In this document: in pieces, positions 37,299-46,465 of the stretch
How positions within the stretch are numbered: position 1 is the first letter of the stretch
Layout: each line of letters opens with the position of its first letter
IMG/VR virus record: IMGVR_UViG_3300021256_000066
Span: 1-64,000 of that record
Source: a virus
Lineage: Duplodnaviria > Caudoviricetes
Strand: one strand, 5' to 3'
Length of the DNA: 64,000 bases
The notes under the pieces: generated by a model
The model's input: the letters and a program-made list of their open reading frames with translations, nothing else
Told to the model about the DNA's origin: nothing
Database searches by the model: none
Made by a program: the position numbers and the translations under genes

Positions 37299-39215
37299 AT
37301 GAGAAAGAAGAAAAAAGACCACCCCAACGTGACGGTGGTGACGAGCCGCGAGGAGTTTGAGCGCGAGGCGCAGCGGCTGCGCGAGAGCGGATTTACGGAA
37401 GTGCCGGGTGCGCTCGGCGGCGGCAGCGGCGGCGGCATCAGCCCCGACTATGCCGACTACCTCGAAGCGAAGTTGTCGTGCGAGGCGAAGACCGGCAGCG
37501 GCAAGACCTCTCTGCCCCTGCTCCACGTGAGCAGCGGCTGTGCCCAGCCCGTGACGGCGGCCAACGGCCACAAGGGAAGCTACATCACCTGGGGCGCGGG
37601 CAACCGCATCCCGAACGTCATCTCACTGCTCTGTTCGCTGCTGCCCTACACGGCGGCTGCGCTGAAGTTCAACATCGACCTCTGTTGCGGGATGGGGCCA
37701 CGCCCGATGTACGCCTACACGCAGTATATTGGAGGTAACGTCTCGCAGAAGTCGATACCATACGACCAGGCCGACAAGCTCATCCTCGGACAGATACGCG
37801 ACCTGCAGCTGCAACTGGTGAAGCTGGAGGCAGAACATCCGGAGTTGACTGAGGATGACGGCGCAGCAGGCATAGCGCTTGTTCAGACCACCCCACCTGT
37901 CGGCACCCCTCCTAACTCAGGAGGGGAAACAGATACCTCGAAGCCTCGCAAGTCTGCCGCCGAGGAGATGCGCGACGAACTGCGGGAGCAGATAGAGAGC
38001 CTGCGCAAGGACCTCGCCACGTGGCAGCTGACGATGAAGCAGCTCTACGGCGACCCCGACGCGACGGAGGCCGAAGACCGCATCGGATTCCTCGGGCGCA
38101 ACAACCTGCTGCAGACCTTCCAGCAGCTCTACGCCGACATGCTGCAGTACAACATCTGCTTCCCCGAGTTCGAGTTGCAGAAGTCGTACCTCGTGCCCTC
38201 GCAGCAGACCGACCCCGCGACCGGCAAGACGGTGATGAAGGACGTGCCCGCCTCGCAGTGGTCGCCCAAGGTGGTCGGACTGAAATGGCGCAACGCCAAG
38301 ACCATGCGCCTCGAAATGATGTCGAACCAAAACCGTATAGAACATGTTTACATCTCAAACCAGTGGCTTTCATCGCCCGAACAGACCATCCCAACGCAGG
38401 ATAGTGATTTCAAGATCGACGCTCTTCCGGCACTCTCCTATCAACAGCCAGCCCAAGACCTGGAACGGCTTGCGCGAGACGCCCGAACCGCTCGAACTGG
38501 CAAAGCTGCCAGACCCACTCATGTAGTGATGCCCGTCACGTACAACGAGTACGGCCACCCTTATTACCCCGTGCCGGCGTGGTACTCCGTCTTCAGCGGC
38601 GATGTCTATACCTACGCCTCGCTGCTCATCTCCGACCGCAAGAAGCGCCGCGACAATGCCAATGTGATAGGCAGGATTCTGTATGTTTCGGACGAATACA
38701 TACAACGAATGTATATCCAAAGGCATCTCGACACGCCCGAACAGCGCCGCGAGTTCTTCCAGAAGGAGATTGTGGAGCCCATCAACAACTTCCTGAAGAA
38801 CCGCGACCACATGGGAGAGCCGATGCTCGCCTACACGTTCAAGGATGCCGACGGCAAGGTGTATAAGTCGTGGGAGATCGTCGAGGTGCAGGAGAACAAC
38901 GCCCAGCAGGCCGAGGCCAACAAGGAGGAGCTGGCCGAGATTTCGAGCATCATCCTCTTTGCGTGGGGCGTCGATTCGCAACTGATCGGCAACACCCCCG
39001 GCACGACCACCCGCAGCGGTGGAACCGATTTGCGCGAGCGATACCTGCTGAAACAGGTGAACATGGCGCTGATGCAGCAGCTGGTGCTCAACACGCTCCA
39101 GGTCGTCAACGTCCGCAACCAGTGGGACCCGCACCTCCAGTGGCAGATCAAGAAAGAAGTGCTCACCACGCTCGACAACTCGAAGACCGGCATCACCGAG
39201 GCCGAGAGCGCGTAA
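37299..39215 (+). CDS. Portal protein
   Basis: WG..N.IP, YYPVP.W.S, GGTDLRE and LTTLD motifs of the Bacteroidota phage portal type; 638 aa. Confidence 0.7.
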   Translation: MRKKKKDHPNVTVVTSREEFEREAQRLRESGFTEVPGALGGGSGGGISPDYADYLEAKLSCEAKTGSGKTSLPLLHVSSGCAQPVTAANGHKGSYITWGAGNRIPNVISLLCSLLPYTAAALKFNIDLCCGMGPRPMYAYTQYIGGNVSQKSIPYDQADKLILGQIRDLQLQLVKLEAEHPELTEDDGAAGIALVQTTPPVGTPPNSGGETDTSKPRKSAAEEMRDELREQIESLRKDLATWQLTMKQLYGDPDATEAEDRIGFLGRNNLLQTFQQLYADMLQYNICFPEFELQKSYLVPSQQTDPATGKTVMKDVPASQWSPKVVGLKWRNAKTMRLEMMSNQNRIEHVYISNQWLSSPEQTIPTQDSDFKIDALPALSYQQPAQDLERLARDARTARTGKAARPTHVVMPVTYNEYGHPYYPVPAWYSVFSGDVYTYASLLISDRKKRRDNANVIGRILYVSDEYIQRMYIQRHLDTPEQRREFFQKEIVEPINNFLKNRDHMGEPMLAYTFKDADGKVYKSWEIVEVQENNAQQAEANKEELAEISSIILFAWGVDSQLIGNTPGTTTRSGGTDLRERYLLKQVNMALMQQLVLNTLQVVNVRNQWDPHLQWQIKKEVLTTLDNSKTGITEAESA

Positions 39216-39249
39216 AAGAAAAAAAGTAAAAAGGTAAAACGATACAATT

Positions 39250-40425
39250 ATGTTAATTACAACAATCGAGGAATTAAGACTGTGCTTCCCCAGCCACGCC
39301 ATCGACCACATCGACGCATTTGTCGGCTATATCGACAACTCCGAGCACGAGTTTCTGCTCCAGCCCCTCGGACAGCCGCTGTATGACAAACTCTGCGACT
39401 GGTACGACCAGAACAAACCCGTGATGACCACCATCGACGACAAGCAGGCAGGCTATTACAACAAACTCCTGCTCATCGCCCAGCGCTGCGTCGCCTTCGA
39501 CGCCATGTCGAGAGCCATCGACCAGCAGGCCATCTCGATCAACGGCTCCGGCATCAACTTTGCCAGTGCCGACGACTACAAGCCTGCCGACCGCGACGCC
39601 ATCAACGCCGCCAAGCTCTCCTATCAGAAGGAAGCCCACTCAGCCCTCAACCGCCTGCTCTACACGCTGGAGCTGTGGACTTGCCAAGGGTCTGACGACA
39701 CCGAGCGCACGGAGATCACCGCCCTCTGGCGCCAGTCGCGCTACTTCTACCTCGTCGCCCAGCTGCTCATCCCCTCAGCCGTCGTGCTGCAGGAATACCT
39801 GAATATCTACGACAGCCGCGAGAAGTATATCCAGATGCTTCCCGACCTCCACTTCATCCAGGAAGAACAGATTGCCCCCGCCATCGGTGAGGACTTCTGC
39901 GACAGGCTCGTGGCGCTGCAACTCCGTGGCGGCACCCGTCGCGACCTCACCGCAGCCACCGCCGCACAGCCGAAGACCGCCGAGGACGACACGCTGCCAG
40001 CCACCGTCCGCCGACTGCTCCACAAGCTGCGCAAGATAGAGGCCACCCTGCTCGAAGGCCGCACGAAGGTGCTCCGCGTCGAGAAAGACCGCCGCATCGC
40101 CGCCCGCGACGAGGGTATGCGACTGCTCAGCGACTGGCTCGCGTGGTGCCAGCAGCATCAGCAGGCCATCCTGCACGACCTCGACACGCTTGCCGGACTG
40201 CCCGCCACCGCCGCCGCCCTGCTCTCGCCCGACGATCAGAAGAAGCTCGACCCCGCACAGCTCGCCGCCCTGCTCGAAGCCGAGCGCCCCTTCACCGACA
40301 GCCCCATGTTCCTCGCCCCCGTCTGGGAGCAGCCGCAGTCATCGGGCACAGCCCCAGATGCCTGTCCCCACGACACCCACGACTGCGAAATCGACGGCAT
40401 GCTGGTGACAGCTCCGCTTCTCTGA
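39250..40425 (+). CDS. Putative head-tail adaptor (DUF6712-like)
   Basis: Directly follows the portal; MLITTIEELR..P and L.P.LG..LY motifs. Confidence 0.6.
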   Translation: MLITTIEELRLCFPSHAIDHIDAFVGYIDNSEHEFLLQPLGQPLYDKLCDWYDQNKPVMTTIDDKQAGYYNKLLLIAQRCVAFDAMSRAIDQQAISINGSGINFASADDYKPADRDAINAAKLSYQKEAHSALNRLLYTLELWTCQGSDDTERTEITALWRQSRYFYLVAQLLIPSAVVLQEYLNIYDSREKYIQMLPDLHFIQEEQIAPAIGEDFCDRLVALQLRGGTRRDLTAATAAQPKTAEDDTLPATVRRLLHKLRKIEATLLEGRTKVLRVEKDRRIAARDEGMRLLSDWLAWCQQHQQAILHDLDTLAGLPATAAALLSPDDQKKLDPAQLAALLEAERPFTDSPMFLAPVWEQPQSSGTAPDACPHDTHDCEIDGMLVTAPLL

Positions 40426-40446
40426 CCCCCCCAAAAAAAAGGCGAT

Positions 40447-41427
40447 ATGAAACCGACAACATTAGATTTGAAAGTGCCTCGCGGATGGCAGCAGTGCTCC
40501 ACCCGTGAGCTTGAGATGATAGCCGAGGAGATGATCCGCTCGCAGATGATAGCATCGCTCTCCCGATTCCATCCCTTCGACTGGACCGAAATCAAGACCC
40601 GCCTCTTCTTCCGCTTCTCGGGAGTGGAGGTGACGGACATGGTGGAAGACGAATACGAAAACGACGTCTTTATCTGCCGACACCCGTCGCTCGGCAAGGA
40701 GACGTTCGAGTTGCAGACCTGGCAGGTGTATTCGTTCCTCGAACAGCTGAAGTGGCTCGACGCCACCGACGCGAAAGGCCGACCCCTGCCGATGCCGAAG
40801 ATGATGTGGCCCTACCCCGAACGGCTGTGGCGACTCCGATGGAAACGCTGGAAGCCCGAGAAAGATTACTACCGACCTGGCGAACTGCTCGACGGTCTCT
40901 CGTGGGCGCAGTACCGACTGGCGAACGACTGGATGGAGGTATATACCAATGCGGCGAACGGGCTCATCGCTGAACAAGAGAAGCACGCCAAGGCCAATCC
41001 AGAGCGCATCCGCAGCCTCGCAGAGCAGCAGGAGAACGCCCGACTGGAGGTGCTGGCGCAACTGTTCTACGTGAGCGACCCCGCAGAGCCGTCGAAGGTG
41101 AAGTCAGCCCCGCGCCGACTGCTGCGCAAGATTACCGAGGTCGAATGGCAGGTCATCATGTTCTGGTGGTCGTCGATGATGCAGTACCTGAAAGAACAAT
41201 ATCCGAAGTGCTTCAAGTCGTCGGCCAAGAATCCGAGGTCGCGCTCGAAGCAACAGCCGCTGCCGATTGAGTTATATACCCGCTCGATGGCCACGCTGCA
41301 GAAGTACCTCGGCGGCCTCACGGAAGATGAAATCAACGCCCAGACCGCCCACGCCATCCTGCGCCACCTGAACGACATGGCCGTAGAAGCCGAGGAAATG
41401 GAGAAACTCCGCCGCAAGCACAAATAA
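40447..41427 (+). CDS. Hypothetical virion-module protein
   Basis: 326 aa in the portal operon. Confidence 0.75.
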   Translation: MKPTTLDLKVPRGWQQCSTRELEMIAEEMIRSQMIASLSRFHPFDWTEIKTRLFFRFSGVEVTDMVEDEYENDVFICRHPSLGKETFELQTWQVYSFLEQLKWLDATDAKGRPLPMPKMMWPYPERLWRLRWKRWKPEKDYYRPGELLDGLSWAQYRLANDWMEVYTNAANGLIAEQEKHAKANPERIRSLAEQQENARLEVLAQLFYVSDPAEPSKVKSAPRRLLRKITEVEWQVIMFWWSSMMQYLKEQYPKCFKSSAKNPRSRSKQQPLPIELYTRSMATLQKYLGGLTEDEINAQTAHAILRHLNDMAVEAEEMEKLRRKHK

Positions 41428-41623
41428 CTATGCGCCAGCCGACAAAAAACCAAGCCGACCCTTTGATGGGTCGAGCTTACCTTAATGAATGAGCGACGAG
41501 TAGGAGCGGTTGCATCCTTCCCTTGGGGGAAGGCCTTGGTTGGGGGAATGCTTTCTTTGGTTCGTTTCTTTCGCGCCGAAAGAAATGAATAAACAGAATT
41601 ATAAATTTTAAAATACATAAATT

Positions 41624-42193
41624 ATGAGTTTTCTAAGCTATTTTTCAAAACAGCGCCGCGAGCAAAGGCGCAAGTTAAAAGAGTTGAAGGCCTTCGCCGA
41701 CAAGTTCTCGACCCTCGACCGCCTCGAACAGTCGGGACTCCTCGTCTGGGACCAGAATCAACGGCGCCTGTTCATCGCCCAGTCGCTCGCCCTACTGATG
41801 ATGAAGTCGGCAGAGTCGTGGACGGCCTTCGTGCAGAACGTCTATCTCTGGCTGGCTTATCAGCAGGCGCAGGAGGCTTGGAACGCCCACTTCTTGCGCT
41901 GCGAACTCGATGCCGTGCGCCGCGCCTCGGTCGGTGAGAACCACGAGACCGTCCGGCTCTCCCGCGCCGACGTCGAGCGCATCCGTCTCGCAGCCCGTCA
42001 GCAGGTCGCTGAATCAGACATCGAACCGCCGAAGGTCGAACCCTTCGAGATGTTCATCGTCGAAGATACCGTCGATGCGAAACCGAAGATTATCGCCGTC
42101 GGCTACTTCGACCCCGAGACCAACGCCCAGGAACTCGCCCCGTGGAGCGAAATCAGCGGTTTTGTAAGATCATCATCAGACGAGAAGCCATGA
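41624..42193 (+). CDS. Hypothetical protein
   Basis: 189 aa, ATT-ATG start. Confidence 0.75.
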   Translation: MSFLSYFSKQRREQRRKLKELKAFADKFSTLDRLEQSGLLVWDQNQRRLFIAQSLALLMMKSAESWTAFVQNVYLWLAYQQAQEAWNAHFLRCELDAVRRASVGENHETVRLSRADVERIRLAARQQVAESDIEPPKVEPFEMFIVEDTVDAKPKIIAVGYFDPETNAQELAPWSEISGFVRSSSDEKP

Positions 42194-42441
42194 CCGACGA
42201 CAAGAAGACGCTCCAGATACAGCTGATGATGCTCGACATCGACGAGGTACTGACCCGCCACGGGGCCACGACCGAACAGCTGCTGACCGCCGCCCAGGCC
42301 ATCGCCACCGCCGCCATCGGCGACCTCGTGAACCGTGGCACCGACCCCGACGCACTTCACAAAGCCGCCGACGCCATCGCCGAGCAGATCCGCACCGCCC
42401 TGCATAAGCGCATAGAGGAAGGGAAGCTACCTGAATGGTAA
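42190..42441 (+). CDS. Hypothetical protein
   Basis: ATGA overlap with the upstream gene. Confidence 0.65.
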   Translation: MTDDKKTLQIQLMMLDIDEVLTRHGATTEQLLTAAQAIATAAIGDLVNRGTDPDALHKAADAIAEQIRTALHKRIEEGKLPEW

Positions 42442-42454
42442 TGTTAACAAACCT

Positions 42455-42535
42455 TCATCCGCATCAAGCGGGGTGCGTGATGCGCATCAAAGGGGGTGCG
42501 TGATGCGCATCAACCACCCCGTGCGATGCGCATCA
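42455..42535. repeat. Four TGATGCGCATCA-type palindromes at 23-bp period
   Basis: Copies start at 42455 (degenerate), 42478, 42501 and 42524. Confidence 0.85.
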
Positions 42536-42604
42536 TCCTAAAAAATGGTCATTCAGATGACACATAGTTAATATATTTATTCACCAATTAAAAGCATTAT
42601 CATT

Positions 42605-43147
42605 ATGATTAATGTAATCAAGAAAAAGGGTGCAAACCCTATCACCAAGCAGGAGCTCCACTTTATCCAGTGGACGCGAGTATCAACCGTCTTAGAGACC
42701 GCACTCGCCAAGAAGATGGCACGCGGCGGCACCTACTCAGTCGGTGAAGCCTCGGGCGTCATGCTCGACTTCCCGCAGTTTATCATCGACGAGCTGCTCA
42801 ACGGCAACGCCGTGAAGGTCTCAGGACTGGGCACGTTCAAAATCAAGGTGAGCGGCAAGGCCGACCCCGATCCAGAGAAGGTCACGACACGTGGTGCCAA
42901 GGCCAGCGTGGTGTTTGAGGTAGATGCCGAACTCGCCTCACGCATTGAGAACGAGGCTGAGTTCAAGCTCGTCACCACCCCTACACCCGAAGGACAGAAA
43001 GACGCCGACAGCGCCGAGACTCCAACGGGCAATGAGGGCGAGGGTGCCGGTGGCAACACCCAGACTGACGACTCTTCGACAGGCTCAGAGACCGCGGGCG
43101 CGGATCCGCAGAATCCCGGTGATGGGGATGGGCTTGACCAGGATTAA
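42605..43147 (+). CDS. HU/IHF-like DNA-binding protein (Bacteroidota HU-HIG type)
   Basis: ELLNGNAVKVSGLGTFKI motif; acidic Gly-rich tail. Confidence 0.8.
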   Translation: MINVIKKKGANPITKQELHFIQWTRVSTVLETALAKKMARGGTYSVGEASGVMLDFPQFIIDELLNGNAVKVSGLGTFKIKVSGKADPDPEKVTTRGAKASVVFEVDAELASRIENEAEFKLVTTPTPEGQKDADSAETPTGNEGEGAGGNTQTDDSSTGSETAGADPQNPGDGDGLDQD

Positions 43148-43151
43148 TACC

Positions 43152-43245
43152 TCAAGGCTAATGCAAGTCGAGAGCAATGCCAAATCGCATTTGAGCATTG
43201 CCGAGGCGCAGCCTAAGCTCGACGCGCAAGCGTCAAGGCTAATGC
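43152..43245 (+). repeat. GCGAG...CCGAG element flanked by 13-bp direct repeat TCAAGGCTAATGC
   Basis: Direct repeats at 43152..43164 and 43233..43245. Confidence 0.6.
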
Positions 43246-43264
43246 CCGACAGGGCAACCTAATC

Positions 43265-43307
43265 AAGAGCCCCCGATGGAAGCGATATCCACCGGGGGCT
43301 CTTCTTC
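43265..43307. terminator. Terminator between convergent genes
   Basis: AAGAGCCCCCG...CGGGGGCTCTT. Confidence 0.65.
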
Positions 43308-43354
43308 ATTAAATCGCCAAATCTAATGATTGGAAGGTAAGAGAGTTTATACTG

Positions 43355-43861
43355 TCAGTTGCTCGGCTGGAAGCCGTGCTCATAGTCCACGTCCATCCAC
43401 GCCACCTTCGGGAAATACTGCCCGATGTTGTCGCGGGTGATGATGATGGTGTCGCTCGGCGAGCGGTCCATGTAGTCGATGTAGATCTCACGAGGGAATG
43501 CCGTCAACTTCATCGGATAGATGAACGACCCCGACGCCCAGCGCCCGTACTTCTTGCCCGGCTCAAAGGGGCCTACCACGTGGAAGAAGTAGTTCTTCGT
43601 GTGCTTCACGTTCGCGTTCACCGCCCCCACGATGTCGGAGCACACCGCGTCGCCCACCTGATCGACACCGCTGTAGAGCACGTTTATCGACTTGATGGCC
43701 TTGTCGCCAGTTACCTTGAACTTAGTGTCCGTCATCTTCCGTCCCGGGCAGCAGCCGAATGGTCTGTCCTGCTTGAACACGAACTTCGAGAACACCACCT
43801 GTGCCTCTGCCGCCGTCGCCACCATCAGCGCCATTGCGGCCAATACCAATATCTTTCTCAT
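43355..43861 (-). CDS. Secreted/periplasmic protein
   Basis: Signal peptide MRKILVLAAMALMVATAAEA-Q. Confidence 0.75.
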   Translation of the reverse strand: MRKILVLAAMALMVATAAEAQVVFSKFVFKQDRPFGCCPGRKMTDTKFKVTGDKAIKSINVLYSGVDQVGDAVCSDIVGAVNANVKHTKNYFFHVVGPFEPGKKYGRWASGSFIYPMKLTAFPREIYIDYMDRSPSDTIIITRDNIGQYFPKVAWMDVDYEHGFQPSN

Positions 43862-43909
43862 ATCGCCAAAAAATTATAGGGTTAAACAATAGCCATACCT
43901 TTATATATA

Positions 43910-44332
43910 TTACTCCTCTGCAAAGAGCCTGATAGCCCTGCCGCACTGCGGACAGCGCACCAGCCCCACCAGCGTAGTGCCCTGCGGCTGCTGCTCCTGC
44001 GCTGGCTGCTTATCGAAGGGCAACTCTTCCTGCTCTGACTGCTGACCGTCGGTCTGAGCCGATGCCGCCTGCTGCTGCCCAGCCGATGCCGATTCAGCGG
44101 CAGGCTGCTGTGCGGACTGCGACGGCTTCTGGGCGGTCTTGCCCTCGTTCTCATACCAGTCGCCGAAGAACTCGGCGGGCGAACAGCCGATGACCAGAGC
44201 GATCTCGATAAGTTTCTTCACGTTGGGCGAGCCGTTGATGGTGGCGCTGAGCGAACCTTTGGTGATGCCGAGCGCGTTGGCCACATCCTCCAGCCTGAAT
44301 CCGTGCTTTTTGATAACTGCTAATATCTGCAT
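43910..44332 (-). CDS. XRE-family HTH regulator with C-terminal CPxCG zinc ribbon
   Basis: LEDVANALGITKGSLS..N.SP...L.EIA..IG HTH; CPQCG. Confidence 0.8.
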   Translation of the reverse strand: MQILAVIKKHGFRLEDVANALGITKGSLSATINGSPNVKKLIEIALVIGCSPAEFFGDWYENEGKTAQKPSQSAQQPAAESASAGQQQAASAQTDGQQSEQEELPFDKQPAQEQQPQGTTLVGLVRCPQCGRAIRLFAEE

Positions 44333-44371
44333 AGTTTTAATATTTTTACTCGTTTTGTTGTAATTCTGCTG

Positions 44372-44562
44372 CAAAATTACAACTTTTCTCCAAATATCCA
44401 AACCTTTTTCTCTAAAAAGTTTGGCTGTTTTAAGATTTTTAATACTTTTGGTTTGGAAGTTTGAAAATATACTCTTAACTTTGCCGTGTTAAACATTAAC
44501 ACTTGAATTGTTAAATATCAAATCTGCTTTAACTTAACATATTAACACATGAAATGTTAAAT
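44372..44562. promoter_or_regulatory. Divergent host-type promoters and operator-like repeats
   Basis: Minus TTTG..TAATTTTG (about 44372..44402); plus TTTG..TAACTTTG (44452..44483); ATTAACAC(T/A)TGAA(T/A)TGTTAAAT at 44495 and 44541. Confidence 0.55.
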
Positions 44563-44759
44563 CGGAGGTCTAAACCCTGTTAAAACGTCGTTTTAGTTGC
44601 GTATCTTTAATTAATGTAGTCAGATTGGCAATTTTTGGTATACCAATGATAATTGCTAATTTGCTGATAATCATATAGTCCTGTTTCTGGCGGAAAACCC
44701 GAAGCCTTCCAAACAGACGCGAGACCGCCGCCACACTGCCGCGCCTCGCCGGCACCCCA

Positions 44760-45240
44760 TTGTCTGGAATGGGGTGTAATATGCGGGTGAGGGTGCGCGG
44801 TGTGGTGATCATCTCACTTTGCGGTGTGGTGCGGGTTTCTCTCTGTGTGGGTTTCGGTGTGGTGTGGTGGTGGTGTGATCCTCTCACCTCATCAGAGAGT
44901 GAGAGAGTGAGAGAGAGAAACCCCAAACAGATTGCACCCTCATTTCTTTGTGTGTGTGTTCAGGTGGTGGTGTGTGTTCCGGTGGTGGTGTGGGTTTCTC
45001 TCTGTGTGGGTTTCGGTGTGGTGAGGGTGCAATCTGATTGCAGCCATACCACCACCACCAAACCACCACCACACCACACCACAAAATGAGGTGTGAGAGA
45101 TCACCACACCACCACACCACCAAATGAGAGAGAAAACGAAACCAAATACCACCAAAAGCAACAAACAGAGAGAAACCAAAACCCAATACCACCAGAAACC
45201 CAAACAGAGAGAAACCGCAAAAAATCGGCACACCTTATTA
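44760..45240. other. Strand-skewed non-coding region (GT-rich then CA-rich); origin or genome-end candidate
   Basis: 32-bp direct repeat at 44833 and 44992; inverted ACAGAGAGAAACC at 45165 and 45204; central palindrome at 45028..45042. Confidence 0.5.
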
Positions 45241-45329
45241 TATATATAGGGGCAAAAACGCAAAAGTTTGAATATTTTGTAACTTTTTCGGAAAAAGTTT
45301 GGTTATTTTGAAAAATTTTCGCTCAAAAG

Positions 45330-45361
45330 TTTGGAATATTCAAAACTTATTCTTACCTTTG
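45330..45361 (+). promoter_or_regulatory. Host-type early promoter TTTG...TACCTTTG
   Basis: Consensus -33/-7 boxes heading the small-gene array. Confidence 0.7.
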
Positions 45362-45395
45362 CAGCGTAAAATTAAAACTTTAAGCAAAATATTAA

Positions 45396-45434
45396 AACCG
45401 AAACCCCAATGGCATATAATAGGGGATTAAGACA
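45396..45434 (+). promoter_or_regulatory. Covarying leader hairpin AACCGAAA-CCNC-loop-GNGG-N9-ATG (also 46427, 47997, 48353, 48914, 52452; degenerate 49692)
   Basis: Compensatory CCCC/GGGG, CCAC/GTGG and CCGC/GCGG stems. Confidence 0.75.
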
Positions 45435-45851
45435 ATGACACATTTTAATTTTAATGGTACAGAGGTAAAAGTTAGTGCATCTTTCAAAGGTGAGGTTTCA
45501 AATGTTTGGGGTGATGGTATGCAGCATTTTAAGTTCATCATTACCATTACAGCCAATGACAAAAAAACATCTTTCACTTATTATGATTCATTTGCTAATT
45601 GGCAAAAGAACAAACAGAACTTAGATTCTGACGATCTCAAATCTGCATTGGACTGTTTTTTCTCTGATGCATCATGTTATGAGAGTGCAACAGATTTGGC
45701 GGATTTTCTTTGTGAGTTTGGGTACAATGAGGACACAGAATCTTTGCGCAAAGGTATGAAAGCGTTTGACGGATGCAAACGTCATTATCAAAGTGCGGTT
45801 AGAGTGTTCGGATCTGATTGGTACGACATCGCAAACGCTATTAATGAATAG
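45435..45851 (+). CDS. Hypothetical early protein
   Basis: 138 aa; first gene after the early promoter. Confidence 0.75.
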   Translation: MTHFNFNGTEVKVSASFKGEVSNVWGDGMQHFKFIITITANDKKTSFTYYDSFANWQKNKQNLDSDDLKSALDCFFSDASCYESATDLADFLCEFGYNEDTESLRKGMKAFDGCKRHYQSAVRVFGSDWYDIANAINE

Positions 45852-45920
45852 TTACTAATTAATCCCTATTACAGAGAATCAGATAAAAAGAGTACAGAAC
45901 CATATAAAAAACATTGAGTT

Positions 45921-46148
45921 ATGACTACAAAAGATAAATATTCGTATGAGGTGAGAAAACAGGTCAAAAATGGTGTGGATTTCTCAAAGAATGTATTTGA
46001 AACCCCTATTATATTACGCATTGATTTAGCAGAGATCGCACGAAAATACCATTATAAGAAAACTAATCCTAACCACTCTTTGGGTGTGTGTTTCTATCTG
46101 CTATTGCAAAGAGTATATAACCAGTTAAGAAATGAGGGTGCAATCTGA
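45921..46148 (+). CDS. Hypothetical early protein
   Basis: 75 aa. Confidence 0.65.
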   Translation: MTTKDKYSYEVRKQVKNGVDFSKNVFETPIILRIDLAEIARKYHYKKTNPNHSLGVCFYLLLQRVYNQLRNEGAI

Positions 46149-46204
46149 TTGCACCCCATACAGAGAGAGAAAAAAGAGTTATAAACAATTTAATCCGGTA
46201 AGTT

Positions 46205-46345
46205 ATGAATAAGTTATTTTTAGTGATCCTTTGTGTTGGTGGTGTGGGTATGTCGCAAATCTACTCATATAGCCCTACACAGTTACTTTGTGATTTAGTG
46301 AGAAGTGGCGAGACCATAAGCAATGTAACAATAAAGAGCGCATAA
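46205..46345 (+). CDS. 46-aa peptide missing from the ORF track (MNKLFLVILCVGG...)
   Basis: Preceded by the AAACAATTTAAT..GTAAGTT-ATG leader shared with other early genes. Confidence 0.5.
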   Translation: MNKLFLVILCVGGVGMSQIYSYSPTQLLCDLVRSGETISNVTIKSA

Positions 46346-46465
46346 AATCGGATTAGGGGCAAATATTGAACTTTGTGCGGATCGTAACCGTGTACCCCTA
46401 CAATTATAGAGTAATAGACAATTTAAAACCGAAACCCCAATGGCATATAATAGGGGATTAAGAAC

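Noticed and set aside
36718-37438. ORFs in the tape-measure/portal spacer
   Set aside because: They overlap palindromic repeats and neighbouring genes, with atypical composition.
42455-42535. CRISPR array
   Set aside because: 12-bp repeats with 11-bp near-identical spacers and no cas genes.
44570-45311. Val/Cys/Trp- or His/Thr-rich ORFs over the skewed region
   Set aside because: Products of low-complexity GT/CA sequence; no leader or coding bias.
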